A stretch of 30,789 bases of DNA from Candidatus Methylomirabilia bacterium (GCA_041496385.1 JBGQEL010000046.1:1-30789), one strand, 5' to 3'; shown: positions 7,994 through 16,530, counted from the stretch's first letter. The notes: a model not told the origin generated them from the sequence alone. Numbers and translations: made by a program.

Positions 7994-8979
7994 CGCTTCC
8001 GCCGGTCGCCTGGCACGCGCTCACGGCGTTCGTCGTGCTGAACGCCGTCATCGTCATGGTCGCCTACGTGACGCTCCTCGAGCGGAAGTTCGCGGCGCGC
8101 ATGCAGTCGCGGATCGGACCGTACTACGTCGGCCGCCCGCACGGGTGGCTGCAGCCCATCGCCGATGCGCTCAAGCTGATGATGAAGGAGGACGTCGTGC
8201 CGACGCTCGCGGACCGCGGCGTCTACAACCTGGCGCCGATCGTCTTTCTCGTGCCGTGCATCCTGATCTTCGCGACGATCCCCTTCGCGCCGGGCCTCGG
8301 CGTCGCCGACCTGAACATCGGCGTCCTCTTCTTCCTCGCGGTCTCCGCGCTCGAGATCGTCGGACTCTTCATGGGCGGCTGGGGCTCGAACAACAAGTAC
8401 GCGCTGATCTCCGCGATGCGCGCGGTCAACCAGATCATCTCGTATGACCTGCCGTTCATCTTCGCGGCGCTCGTGCCGGTGCTCCTCGCGGGCTCGCTCC
8501 AGATGTCGGCGATCGTCGCCGCGCAGCAGGGCCTCTGGTTCGTCGCGTATCCCGTGCTCGGCCAGCTCGCGTTCGTGGCGTTCGTGGTCGCGACGCTCGC
8601 CGCCGAGAACCGTGTGCCCTTCGACATCCTCGAGGCCGAGTCGGAGCTGGTCGCCGGATTCCGCGTCGAGTACAGCGGCATGAAGTTCGCGCTGATCCAG
8701 CTCGGCGAGTACGCGCACATGCTGGGGACGAGCTTCCTCGGGGCGCTGCTGTTCCTGGGCGGCTGGCTCGGCCCCGGGCCGGCGTGGCTCGGGCCGCTCT
8801 GGTTCCTCCTCAAGGCGCTCGCCTTCTTCCTGCTCGTGACGTGGGTGCGCTGGAGCTTCGTGCGGATCCGGGTGGACCAGATCCTCGCGATCTCCTGGAA
8901 GCTCCTGCTGCCCGCCACCATTCTCCTGCTGCTCGCGACCGGGCTCTGGGTCGTCACGGGAGGCGCCGGTGGGGTCTGA
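7990..8979 (+). CDS. nuoH: NADH-quinone oxidoreductase subunit H, 329 aa
   Basis: ERKFAARMQSRIGP, LQPIADALKL, SNNKYAL and NRVPFDILEAESELVAGF.EYSG motifs. GTGA overlap with nuoD. Confidence 0.95.
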   Translation: MTLPPVAWHALTAFVVLNAVIVMVAYVTLLERKFAARMQSRIGPYYVGRPHGWLQPIADALKLMMKEDVVPTLADRGVYNLAPIVFLVPCILIFATIPFAPGLGVADLNIGVLFFLAVSALEIVGLFMGGWGSNNKYALISAMRAVNQIISYDLPFIFAALVPVLLAGSLQMSAIVAAQQGLWFVAYPVLGQLAFVAFVVATLAAENRVPFDILEAESELVAGFRVEYSGMKFALIQLGEYAHMLGTSFLGALLFLGGWLGPGPAWLGPLWFLLKALAFFLLVTWVRWSFVRIRVDQILAISWKLLLPATILLLLATGLWVVTGGAGGV

Positions 8980-9538
8980 CGGCGGGCGGCCGCCGGGCTT
9001 CTGGGGCGAGCTGGGCCAGCTCGTCGGCGCCGTCGGACGCGCGATGGGCGTCACGCTCCGGAACCTGTTCCGCACGCCGGTGACGGTGCAGTACCCCGAC
9101 GTCACGCGGCACTACCCCGACCGCTTCCGGGGAATCCTGGCGCTCACGTACGATGGCGAGACCGGCGAGGAGAACTGCATCGGCTGCCGGCTCTGCGAAT
9201 ACATCTGTCCGCCGCAGGTCATCAAGGTCGAGATGCTCAAGAGCGAGAAGCGGAACTGGGCGAAGACGTTCACGCTCGAGCTCTACGCGTGCGAGTTCTG
9301 CGAGCTCTGCGTGCAGGTGTGCCCCACGGACGCGATCATCATGCTCAAGACCTTCGACCTGGCGACCGCGGACCGGCGCGAGCTGCTGCTGGACAAGGAC
9401 CGGCTCCACGCGCTCGGCCTCAGCCACGAGGCGTCGTGGGCGACGGGGAATCGGCTCCGCGGCATGCAGGCGCCGCCCAAGGCGGCCCGGGCGGCCGAGG
9501 GCGCCGCCAGGGGAGAGGCGAAGGAGCCGGCCGAGTGA
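8969..9538 (+). CDS. nuoI: NADH-quinone oxidoreductase subunit I (2x[4Fe-4S])
   Basis: TVQYP...RFRG, CIGCRLCEYICP and CEFCELCVQVCP. GGAGG at 8959-8963 precedes GTG 8969, but the exact start is uncertain. Confidence 0.93.
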   Translation: MGSDGGRPPGFWGELGQLVGAVGRAMGVTLRNLFRTPVTVQYPDVTRHYPDRFRGILALTYDGETGEENCIGCRLCEYICPPQVIKVEMLKSEKRNWAKTFTLELYACEFCELCVQVCPTDAIIMLKTFDLATADRRELLLDKDRLHALGLSHEASWATGNRLRGMQAPPKAARAAEGAARGEAKEPAE

Positions 9539-10029
9539 GCCTCGAGGCGGTGATGTTCTGGGTGGTGGCCGCGCTCCTGCTCGCCTCGAGCCTCGCGGTG
9601 GTGCTCACGCCGAACCTCTTCCACGCCGTCCTCTACCTGGCGGCGGCGCTCGTCGCCACCGGCGCCGTCTTCCTCCTGCTCGACTCGCCGTTCCTCTTCG
9701 CCGTCCAGCTCCTGCTCTACGCCGGCGGCGTGGTGACGATCGTCGTGTTCGCGATCATGCTGACCGAACGGCTCGTCGGCGAGCGGATCACGCAGGCGAG
9801 CCGCTGGGTGGTCAACGGCGCGATCGTCGCCGCGGCGGTCTTCGTCGGGATCGCCGGGTTCCTCATCCAGGCGCCCCGGTCGGAGACGCGGCCGGCCCTC
9901 GCGGCCGACTCCACGCTCGCGATCGGCCGGGCGCTCTTCGGTCCCTGGGCGGGCACGCTCGAGCTGCTCGCCGTGCTGCTCGTCGTCGCGCTGCTCGGCG
10001 CGCTCCACTTCGCGCGGCCGGAGGACTGA
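9535..10029 (+). CDS. nuoJ: NADH-quinone oxidoreductase subunit J, 164 aa
   Basis: FLFAVQLLLYAGGV...FAIML and a terminal ELLAVLL helix. GTGA overlap with nuoI. Confidence 0.92.
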   Translation: MSLEAVMFWVVAALLLASSLAVVLTPNLFHAVLYLAAALVATGAVFLLLDSPFLFAVQLLLYAGGVVTIVVFAIMLTERLVGERITQASRWVVNGAIVAAAVFVGIAGFLIQAPRSETRPALAADSTLAIGRALFGPWAGTLELLAVLLVVALLGALHFARPED

Positions 10030-10043
10030 GCGGAGCCTCGCAC

Positions 10044-10343
10044 ATGGGCCTCCACGCCTACCTGACGCTCGCCGCGCTCGTGTTCGCCATCGGGCTCTTC
10101 GGCGTCCTGACGCGGCGCAACGCGGTCGGGATCCTGCTCGGCATCGAGCTCATGCTGAACGCGGTCAACATCAACCTGGTCGCGTTCGCGCGCTTCCGGG
10201 CCGACGTGGCGGGGCTCGTCTTCACGCTCTTCACGATCTCGATCACCGTCGCCGAGGTCGCCGTCGGCCTCGCGATCGTGATCGTGCTCTTCCGCGTGCG
10301 GCGCACGGTCGAAGCCGACCGCCTCGACCTCCTGCGGGGCTAG
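10044..10343 (+). CDS. nuoK: NADH-quinone oxidoreductase subunit K, 99 aa
   Basis: RRNA...IELMLNAVNIN and AEVAVGLAI motifs. ATG at 10044. Confidence 0.95.
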   Translation: MGLHAYLTLAALVFAIGLFGVLTRRNAVGILLGIELMLNAVNINLVAFARFRADVAGLVFTLFTISITVAEVAVGLAIVIVLFRVRRTVEADRLDLLRG

Positions 10344-10347
10344 GCCG

Positions 10348-12177
10348 GTGTCGGTCATCGTCTGGCTCCCGCTCCTCGTCCTGGTACTGCCGTTCGCGGC
10401 GTTCGTGCTGCTGGCGGTCGTGGCCCCGCTCCGGCGCGCCGGCCGGCGCGCGGCGGGCGTCTCGATCGCCGCGATGGCCGTGGCCCTCGCCGGCGCGCTG
10501 GTCGTCTGGAGCGAGGGCTTCCGGAGCCTGACGACGTGGGCGTGGATCCCCGCCGACGGGGGCCCGATGGCCACGGTGGGGCTCTTCGTGGACCCGCTCT
10601 CGAACGCGATGCTCGTGCTGGTCACCCTCGTGTCGCTCCTGGTGCAGATCTACTCGCTGGCGTACCTCCACGACGAGCGGCCGCCGGCCCTCGGGCGCTA
10701 CTACACCTACCAGTCGCTCTTCGCCTTCTCGATGCTCGGGCTCGTGCTCGCGCCCTCGTTCGTCCAGATGTTCATCTTCTGGGAGCTGGTCGGCCTCTGC
10801 TCCTACCTTCTCATCGGCTACTGGTACGACCGCCCGGCGGCGGCGAGCGCCGCCGTCAAGGCCTTCTGGATCACGAAGCTCGGCGACCTCGGCTTCATCG
10901 CCGGCATCGTCATGCTGTGGTCGGCGACGGGGACGTTCGAGTTCCAGGCGCTCTTCGCCAAGGCGCAGGAGCACGCGCTGGCGATCGACGGGCTCGGGAC
11001 GATCATGTTCTTGATCTATCTGGGCGCCGTGGGCAAGTCGGCGCAGTTCCCGCTCCACGTCTGGCTGCCGGACGCGATGGAGGGCCCCACGCCCGTCTCG
11101 GCCCTGATCCACGCCGCGACCATGGTCACGGCGGGCGTCTTCATGGTGGCGCGCGTCCAGCCGCTCTTCGTCCTGGTGCCGGACGTCCTCGCCCTCATCG
11201 GCTGGGTGGGCGCCTTCACCGCGCTGCTGGCGGCGAGCATGGCCTGTGTGGAGGGCGACATCAAGCGCGTGCTCGCGTACTCGACGGTCTCGCAGCTCGG
11301 CTACATGATGGCCGCCGCCGGTGCGGGCGCGTCGTACGCGAGCTTCCTGCACCTGCTGACCCACGGCGTGTTCAAGGCGCTCCTCTTCCTGGGCGCGGGC
11401 GCCGTGATTCACGCGGTCGGCACGAACGACATCTTCCGGATGGGCGGCCTCTTCCGCGCCATGCCGCAGACGGGCGTGGTCTTCATCGTGGGCACGCTCG
11501 CGCTCGCGGGGCTCCCGCCGCTCGCCGGCTTCTTCTCGAAGGAGGCGATCCTCGCCGGCGTCTGGGAGGCCGACTTGACGTGGCCCTTCCTCATGCTGGC
11601 CCTGACGGTGTTCCTGACCGCGTTCTACATGTTCCGCGTCGTCTTCATCGCCTTCTTCGGTCGCGCGCACGCCGCGGGCCACCCGCACGACCCGCCGTGG
11701 GCGATGCGCGGCCCGCTCTGGCTCCTCGCCGGCCTCACGGTCTTCGTCGGCCTGCGCCTCTGGATGGGGGGGAGCGGCGGGCACCACGGGCCCGGCTGGC
11801 TCGCGCCGTTCTCGATCGCGCTCGCGCTGGGCGGCATCGTGCTCGCGTGGGCGACCTACAGGCGCGGCGCGGTGGACCCCGCGCGTCTCGCGGGCAGCTT
11901 CCCGCTCTCGACGCTCGACTTCCTGGCGCGCCGCCGGTACGGCCTCGACGCGCTCTACGGCGGTCTCTACCGGGGATTCCTCCTCGGGTTCTCGCGCCTC
12001 GTCGGCTGGGTCGACCGGTATCTCGTCGACGGGCTCCTCAACCTGCTCTCGGCGTGCACGCTGCGCGGCGGCGACCTCCTGCGGCGCATCCAGAGCGGGC
12101 GGGCGCAGGACTACGTCTACGGCGTCGCGTTCGGCGTCCTGTTCCTGCTGGTCTGGGCGCAGTGGTGGAAGCGATGA
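10348..12177 (+). CDS. nuoL: NADH-quinone oxidoreductase subunit L, 609 aa
   Basis: FWELVGLCSYLLIG, GKSAQFPLHVWLPDAMEGPTPVSALIHAATMV, AYSTVSQLG and HGVFKALLFL, plus a C-terminal lateral helix ending QSG..QDY. Confidence 0.95.
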   Translation: MSVIVWLPLLVLVLPFAAFVLLAVVAPLRRAGRRAAGVSIAAMAVALAGALVVWSEGFRSLTTWAWIPADGGPMATVGLFVDPLSNAMLVLVTLVSLLVQIYSLAYLHDERPPALGRYYTYQSLFAFSMLGLVLAPSFVQMFIFWELVGLCSYLLIGYWYDRPAAASAAVKAFWITKLGDLGFIAGIVMLWSATGTFEFQALFAKAQEHALAIDGLGTIMFLIYLGAVGKSAQFPLHVWLPDAMEGPTPVSALIHAATMVTAGVFMVARVQPLFVLVPDVLALIGWVGAFTALLAASMACVEGDIKRVLAYSTVSQLGYMMAAAGAGASYASFLHLLTHGVFKALLFLGAGAVIHAVGTNDIFRMGGLFRAMPQTGVVFIVGTLALAGLPPLAGFFSKEAILAGVWEADLTWPFLMLALTVFLTAFYMFRVVFIAFFGRAHAAGHPHDPPWAMRGPLWLLAGLTVFVGLRLWMGGSGGHHGPGWLAPFSIALALGGIVLAWATYRRGAVDPARLAGSFPLSTLDFLARRRYGLDALYGGLYRGFLLGFSRLVGWVDRYLVDGLLNLLSACTLRGGDLLRRIQSGRAQDYVYGVAFGVLFLLVWAQWWKR

Positions 12178-13700
12178 GGCTCCCCGTGCTCTCGCTGATC
12201 ACCTGGGCGCCGTTCGTCGGCGCGCTCCTCATCATGTTCACGGCGCGCCACCGGCCACTCGCGGTGCGGCTCATCGCCGCGGTCACGACGGGGATCTCGG
12301 CGATCCTCTCCCTCTGGGTCTACGTCGCCTACGACCGCGAGGCGGCGGGCTTCCAGTTCTACGAGAAGGTCGCGCTGGTGCCGCCGCTGGGCATCTCGTA
12401 CGAGCTCGGGGTGGACGGGATCAGCCTGCTGATGGTCCTGCTCACGTCGGTCATCATCATCGCCGGCGTCTTCGCCTCGTGGACCGTCGCCGTGCGGAGC
12501 CAGGAGTTCTACGCCCTGCTGCTGGCGCTCGTGACGGGCGTCTTCGGGGTCTTCGTGTCCCTCGACCTGTTCGTGTTCTTCCTCTTCTACGAGCTGGCCG
12601 TCCTGCCCATGTACCTGTTGATCGGGATCTGGGGTTCGACCGGGGAGGTGCGGCCGCGCGGCATCTTTGCCTGGGCGTACCGGGAGACCGGCGTCGGGAC
12701 GAAAGAATACGCCGCGATGAAGCTCACGCTCTACCTCCTCTTCGGCTCCGCGTTCATCCTCGTCGGCATCTTCGCGCTCTACGTCAACGCGGGCGCCTCG
12801 TCCTTCTCGTTCCTCGACCTCGAGGGGGTCGGCTTCCCGCCGGGCGTCCAGCGCTGGGTCTTCCTCGCGTTCTACGTGGGCTTCGGCATCCTCGCGGGCA
12901 TCTGGCCGCTCCACACGTGGTCGCCCGACGGCCACGCCTCGGCGCCGACGGCGGTCTCGATGCTTCACGCCGGCGTGCTGATGAAGCTCGGCGCCTACGG
13001 CGTCGTGCGCATGGGCATGGGGCTGCTCCCCGAGGGCGCGCAAGCCCTCGCCTGGCTCGTGGGCACGATCGCCTGCATCAACGTCGTGTACGGCGCGCTC
13101 TCGGCGATGGCGCAGACCGACCTCAAGTACGTCATCGCGTACTCGTCCGTCTCGCACATGGGGCTCGTCATGCTCGGCGCCGCGACGCTGACGGAGGCCG
13201 GCCTCAACGGCTCGGTCTTCCAGATGTTCGCCCACGGGGTGATGACCGGCCTCTTCTTCGCGCTCGTGGGGCTCGTCTACGAGAAGACGCACTCGCGCGA
13301 GATCTTCAAGATGGGCGGCTTCGGCAGGGCGATGCCGGGGATCGCCACGGCGTTCACCGTGGGCGGCCTCTCCTCGCTCGGCCTGCCGGCGACGGCCGGG
13401 TTCGTCGCCGAGCTCCTGACCTTCATGGGCGCGTGGCGCTCCGACCACCGGTGGTGGCTGTTGCCGGCCGTGGCGGGCACCTTCCTCACGGCGATCTACG
13501 TGCTGCGCGTCGCGAAGCGGATCTTCTGGGGCCCGCCCTCGCCGCACTTCCACGACCTGGAGGACGCGCGCGGCCCCGAATGGGTCGCGCTGGTCTTCCT
13601 GGTCGCCGTGCTCGTCCTCTTCGGGATGGCGCCGTCGATCGCGCTCGCGCCGGTGGACACCGCGACCGTGCCGCTCCTCTCCCGGATCGTGGGCCCGTGA
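12174..13700 (+). CDS. nuoM: NADH-quinone oxidoreductase subunit M, 508 aa
   Basis: GVDGIS, FFLFYE..LPMY, PLHTWSPDGHASAP, LMKLGAYG and IAYSSVSHMG. ATGA overlap with nuoL. Confidence 0.95.
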   Translation: MRLPVLSLITWAPFVGALLIMFTARHRPLAVRLIAAVTTGISAILSLWVYVAYDREAAGFQFYEKVALVPPLGISYELGVDGISLLMVLLTSVIIIAGVFASWTVAVRSQEFYALLLALVTGVFGVFVSLDLFVFFLFYELAVLPMYLLIGIWGSTGEVRPRGIFAWAYRETGVGTKEYAAMKLTLYLLFGSAFILVGIFALYVNAGASSFSFLDLEGVGFPPGVQRWVFLAFYVGFGILAGIWPLHTWSPDGHASAPTAVSMLHAGVLMKLGAYGVVRMGMGLLPEGAQALAWLVGTIACINVVYGALSAMAQTDLKYVIAYSSVSHMGLVMLGAATLTEAGLNGSVFQMFAHGVMTGLFFALVGLVYEKTHSREIFKMGGFGRAMPGIATAFTVGGLSSLGLPATAGFVAELLTFMGAWRSDHRWWLLPAVAGTFLTAIYVLRVAKRIFWGPPSPHFHDLEDARGPEWVALVFLVAVLVLFGMAPSIALAPVDTATVPLLSRIVGP

Positions 13701-15130
13701 CGCCGGCGGCCGATCTGGTGGGCGCGCTGGTCCTGGAGCTGGGCCTCGGCGCCGTGGCGCTTCTCGTCTTCGCGGTCAACACCGTCGTCCCCCGGAGCGG
13801 CGACCGGCGGGTCGTCGCCTGGATCGCGACCGGCGGCGTCCTGGTCCTCGCGCTCGCCAGCTTCCTCGTGCGGCCGGGGCCGGCGGTGGCCGGCGGCATG
13901 TTCGTCCAGGACGGCCTCGCGATCTTCGCCAAGCGCCTCTTCCTGAGCGCCACCTTCATCGGGCTCCTCGCCTCGCTCTCGGCCCCCGAGACGGGGCGCG
14001 GGCGACGCGCCGGCGAGTACCACCTGCTCGTGCTCGCCTCGCTGCTCGGGATGCTGGTGCTCGCCTCCGCGCGCGACCTCATCCTTCTCTTCGTCGCGTT
14101 CGAGCTGATGTCGATCCCGCTCTACGTGCTGGCGGGCTTCTTCAAGCGCCGCGCCGAGGCCGTCGAGGCGTCGCTGAAGTTCTTCCTCGTCGGCAGCGTG
14201 TCGTCCGCGGTGATGGCCTACGGGCTCTCGTTCGTCTACGGCGCGACCGGCTCCACCGCTCTCGCGAAGGTGGCGCAGGCGGCGGGGAACGGTCACCCGC
14301 TCCTCCTGCTGGGCCTGATCGCGACGTTCGTCGGCTTCGCGTTCAAGATCGCCGCGTTCCCGTTCCACATGTGGGTTCCCGACACCTACGAGGCGGCGAG
14401 CACGCCGTTCGTCGCGTGGCTCAGCGTGACGCCGAAGGCCGCCGGCTTCGTGGCGCTCTTCCGCGTCTACTTCGAGGGGGCCGGCGACCACGCGGCGGCG
14501 TGGACGCCCATCGCCGCCGCCCTCGCCACGCTCACGATCGTCGCGGGCAACCTGATGGCGCTCCCCCAGCAGAACGCCAAGCGCCTGCTGGCGTACTCGG
14601 GGATCGCGCACATCGGCTACATGCTTGTGGGCTTCGCCGCGGCCTCCGCCGCGGGCGTGGCGATGGTGCTCTTCTATCTGGTCGCGTACGTCTTCGGGAA
14701 CATGGGCGCGTTCCTCGTCGTCGAGGCCCTGGCGCGCGCCGAGGGCTCCGAGGCGACGGCCGCGTTCCGTGGCCTGGCACAGCGCTCGCCGCTCCTCGCC
14801 CTGGCGATGCTGCTCTTCCTGCTCTCGCTCGGCGGCATCCCGTTCGTGGCCGGGTTCTGGGCGAAGCTCTTCGTGTTCTGGGCGGCGGCCGAGCGCGGCC
14901 TCTACTGGCTCGTGCTGGTGGGCGCGGTGCTCACGGTCGTCGCGCTCTTCTACTACCTCGTCGTCGCCAAGCGCATGTACATCGAGCCGCCCGAGCGCAC
15001 CGGCCGCGTTCCGGTGCCCGCCACGCTCGCCCTCGCCGTGATCCTCTGCGTCGTGGGCGTGGTTGTTCTCGGCGTCTATCCCAAGCCCCTCGTCATGGCC
15101 GCGCTCCGGGTCGCCGCGCCCCTCTTCTGA
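13697..15130 (+). CDS. nuoN: NADH-quinone oxidoreductase subunit N, 477 aa
   Basis: FELMSIPLYVLAG, EASLKFF, FKIAAFPFHMWVPDTYE and KRLLAYSGIAH. GTGA overlap with nuoM. Confidence 0.95.
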   Translation: MTPAADLVGALVLELGLGAVALLVFAVNTVVPRSGDRRVVAWIATGGVLVLALASFLVRPGPAVAGGMFVQDGLAIFAKRLFLSATFIGLLASLSAPETGRGRRAGEYHLLVLASLLGMLVLASARDLILLFVAFELMSIPLYVLAGFFKRRAEAVEASLKFFLVGSVSSAVMAYGLSFVYGATGSTALAKVAQAAGNGHPLLLLGLIATFVGFAFKIAAFPFHMWVPDTYEAASTPFVAWLSVTPKAAGFVALFRVYFEGAGDHAAAWTPIAAALATLTIVAGNLMALPQQNAKRLLAYSGIAHIGYMLVGFAAASAAGVAMVLFYLVAYVFGNMGAFLVVEALARAEGSEATAAFRGLAQRSPLLALAMLLFLLSLGGIPFVAGFWAKLFVFWAAAERGLYWLVLVGAVLTVVALFYYLVVAKRMYIEPPERTGRVPVPATLALAVILCVVGVVVLGVYPKPLVMAALRVAAPLF

Positions 15131-15179
15131 CGCAAGCCATTTCTTCAACTATCTGAAATCGTTGACCCATCATCTCTAC

Positions 15180-15209
15180 TTGACTGACCCTGGATCGAGT
15201 CGGTAGGGT
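15180..15209 (+). promoter_or_regulatory. Putative sigma70-type promoter of the tetR-sigma pair
   Basis: TTGACT (15180-15185), 18-nt spacer, TAGGGT (15204-15209), within a locally AT-richer intergenic stretch. Confidence 0.55.
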
Positions 15210-15210
15210 A

Positions 15211-15232
15211 GTGTACCGACTGGTTGGTACAC
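15211..15232. promoter_or_regulatory. TetR operator palindrome (putative autoregulatory site)
   Basis: GTGTACCGAC-TG-GTTGGTACAC has 10-bp arms with one mismatch. It lies between the -10 box and the tetR ATG. Confidence 0.75.
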
Positions 15233-15877
15233 ATGACGACGACAGCCAAGACCGCCGCCGAGCCAGGAGCGAGGACGAGACACGGTCGGTCCACGCGCGA
15301 GGCGATCCTCGCGGCGGCGACGCGGCTTATCCACGTCCACGGCTACAACCACACCACGCTCGACGACGTGCTGCGCGAGAGCGGTGTCGGCAAGGGGAAC
15401 TTCTACTACCACTTCAAGAGCAAGGAAGAGCTCGGCTACGCCATTCTCGATCAGATCATCGCCTCGTTCCTCGAGCGCACGCTCGACCCGTGTTTCTCGG
15501 ACGCGACGGCGCGGCCGCTGGCCCAGATCCGCTGCTTCCTCGAGCGCGTGCTGGAGGCGCAGCGGGCGCGGAACTGCGTCGGGGGCTGCCCGCTCGGCAA
15601 CCTCGCCGCCGAGCTCTCCGACGTCCACGAGGGCTTCCGCACGCGGCTGGCGGGGGTCTTCGGCGCCTGGCAGACGCGGCTGACCGGCGCGCTCGACACG
15701 GCGCGGCGGCGCGGCGAGGTCGTCGAGGCGTGCCGGCCCGACGCGGTGGCGCACTTCCTCGTCGCCTCGCTCGAGGGCGCCATCCTCTTGACGAAGCTCA
15801 CGAAGGACATCTCCGTCATGGAGCAGTGCGTGACGGAGCTGGGACGCTACCTGTCCCTCTACGAGCTCGGAACGTGA
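15233..15877 (+). CDS. TetR/AcrR family transcriptional regulator (NemR/LmrA-like), 214 aa
   Basis: HTH GYNHTTLDDVL...GVGKGNFYYHFKSKEEL and C-terminal GCPLGNLAAELS. Six Cys. Confidence 0.92.
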   Translation: MTTTAKTAAEPGARTRHGRSTREAILAAATRLIHVHGYNHTTLDDVLRESGVGKGNFYYHFKSKEELGYAILDQIIASFLERTLDPCFSDATARPLAQIRCFLERVLEAQRARNCVGGCPLGNLAAELSDVHEGFRTRLAGVFGAWQTRLTGALDTARRRGEVVEACRPDAVAHFLVASLEGAILLTKLTKDISVMEQCVTELGRYLSLYELGT

Positions 15878-16482
15878 CGCCCGTGGACGCGCAGCGGACC
15901 GACGCCGACGCGGCGCTCGTCGAGGCACTGCGCCGCGACGACCCCGCCGCGCCCGAGCTCCTCGTGGAGACCTTCGGCGACCGCGTCTACCGGTTGGCAC
16001 TCCGGATCACGGGCTCCAAGGAGGACGCCGAGGAGGCGGCTCAGGACGCGCTCTGGACGGCGGCGCGCAAGATCAACACGTTCAAGGGCGAGTCCGCCTT
16101 CGGGAGCTGGCTCTATCGCATCGCCGCCAACGCGGCCTATCAGAAGCTCCGCACGCGCCGCGCGAAGGCGGCCGAGATCGCGCTCGACGACGTCCTGCCC
16201 GTGCTCGACGAGGGCGGCCGCCACTTCGAGCCGATGGACGACTGGTCCAATCGCGTGGACGAGCGGGCGCTCCAGGGCGAGCTGCGCGGCGTGCTCACGG
16301 AGGCGATCGACGCGCTGCCGCCCGACTACCGGACCGCGCTCGTGCTCCACGACGTGGAGGGCGTGTCGAACCCGGACATCGCGGAGACGCTCGGGATCAG
16401 CCTGCCGGCCGTGAAGTCGCGCGTGCATCGCTCGCGCCTCTTCGTGCGGAAGCGGCTCGCCGAGTACATGAAGGGCGCGTAG
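15874..16482 (+). CDS. ECF-type RNA polymerase sigma-70 factor, 202 aa
   Basis: Region 2 DAEEAAQD...FKGESAFGSWLYRIAAN and region 4 LPPDYRTALVLHDVEGVS..DIAETLG...VKSRVHRSR. GTGA overlap with tetR. Confidence 0.92.
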   Translation: MTPVDAQRTDADAALVEALRRDDPAAPELLVETFGDRVYRLALRITGSKEDAEEAAQDALWTAARKINTFKGESAFGSWLYRIAANAAYQKLRTRRAKAAEIALDDVLPVLDEGGRHFEPMDDWSNRVDERALQGELRGVLTEAIDALPPDYRTALVLHDVEGVSNPDIAETLGISLPAVKSRVHRSRLFVRKRLAEYMKGA

Positions 16483-16490
16483 CGCGCCCG

Positions 16491-16530
16491 CCGCGCGGCG
16501 CCGCAGTTGACGCGAGGCGGCGCCGTGTGG
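16491..16530 (+). terminator. GC-rich stem-loop downstream of the sigma gene (possible terminator or 3' stabiliser)
   Basis: CCGCGCGGCGCCGC (16491-16504) pairs with GCGGCGCCGTGTGG (16517-16530), 14 bp including two G-U pairs. No proper U-tract. Confidence 0.4.

Noticed and set aside
10348..15130. Possibility of a '2M' complex with an extra antiporter subunit
   Set aside because: Only one each of nuoL, nuoM and nuoN is present, and NuoL is of ordinary length.
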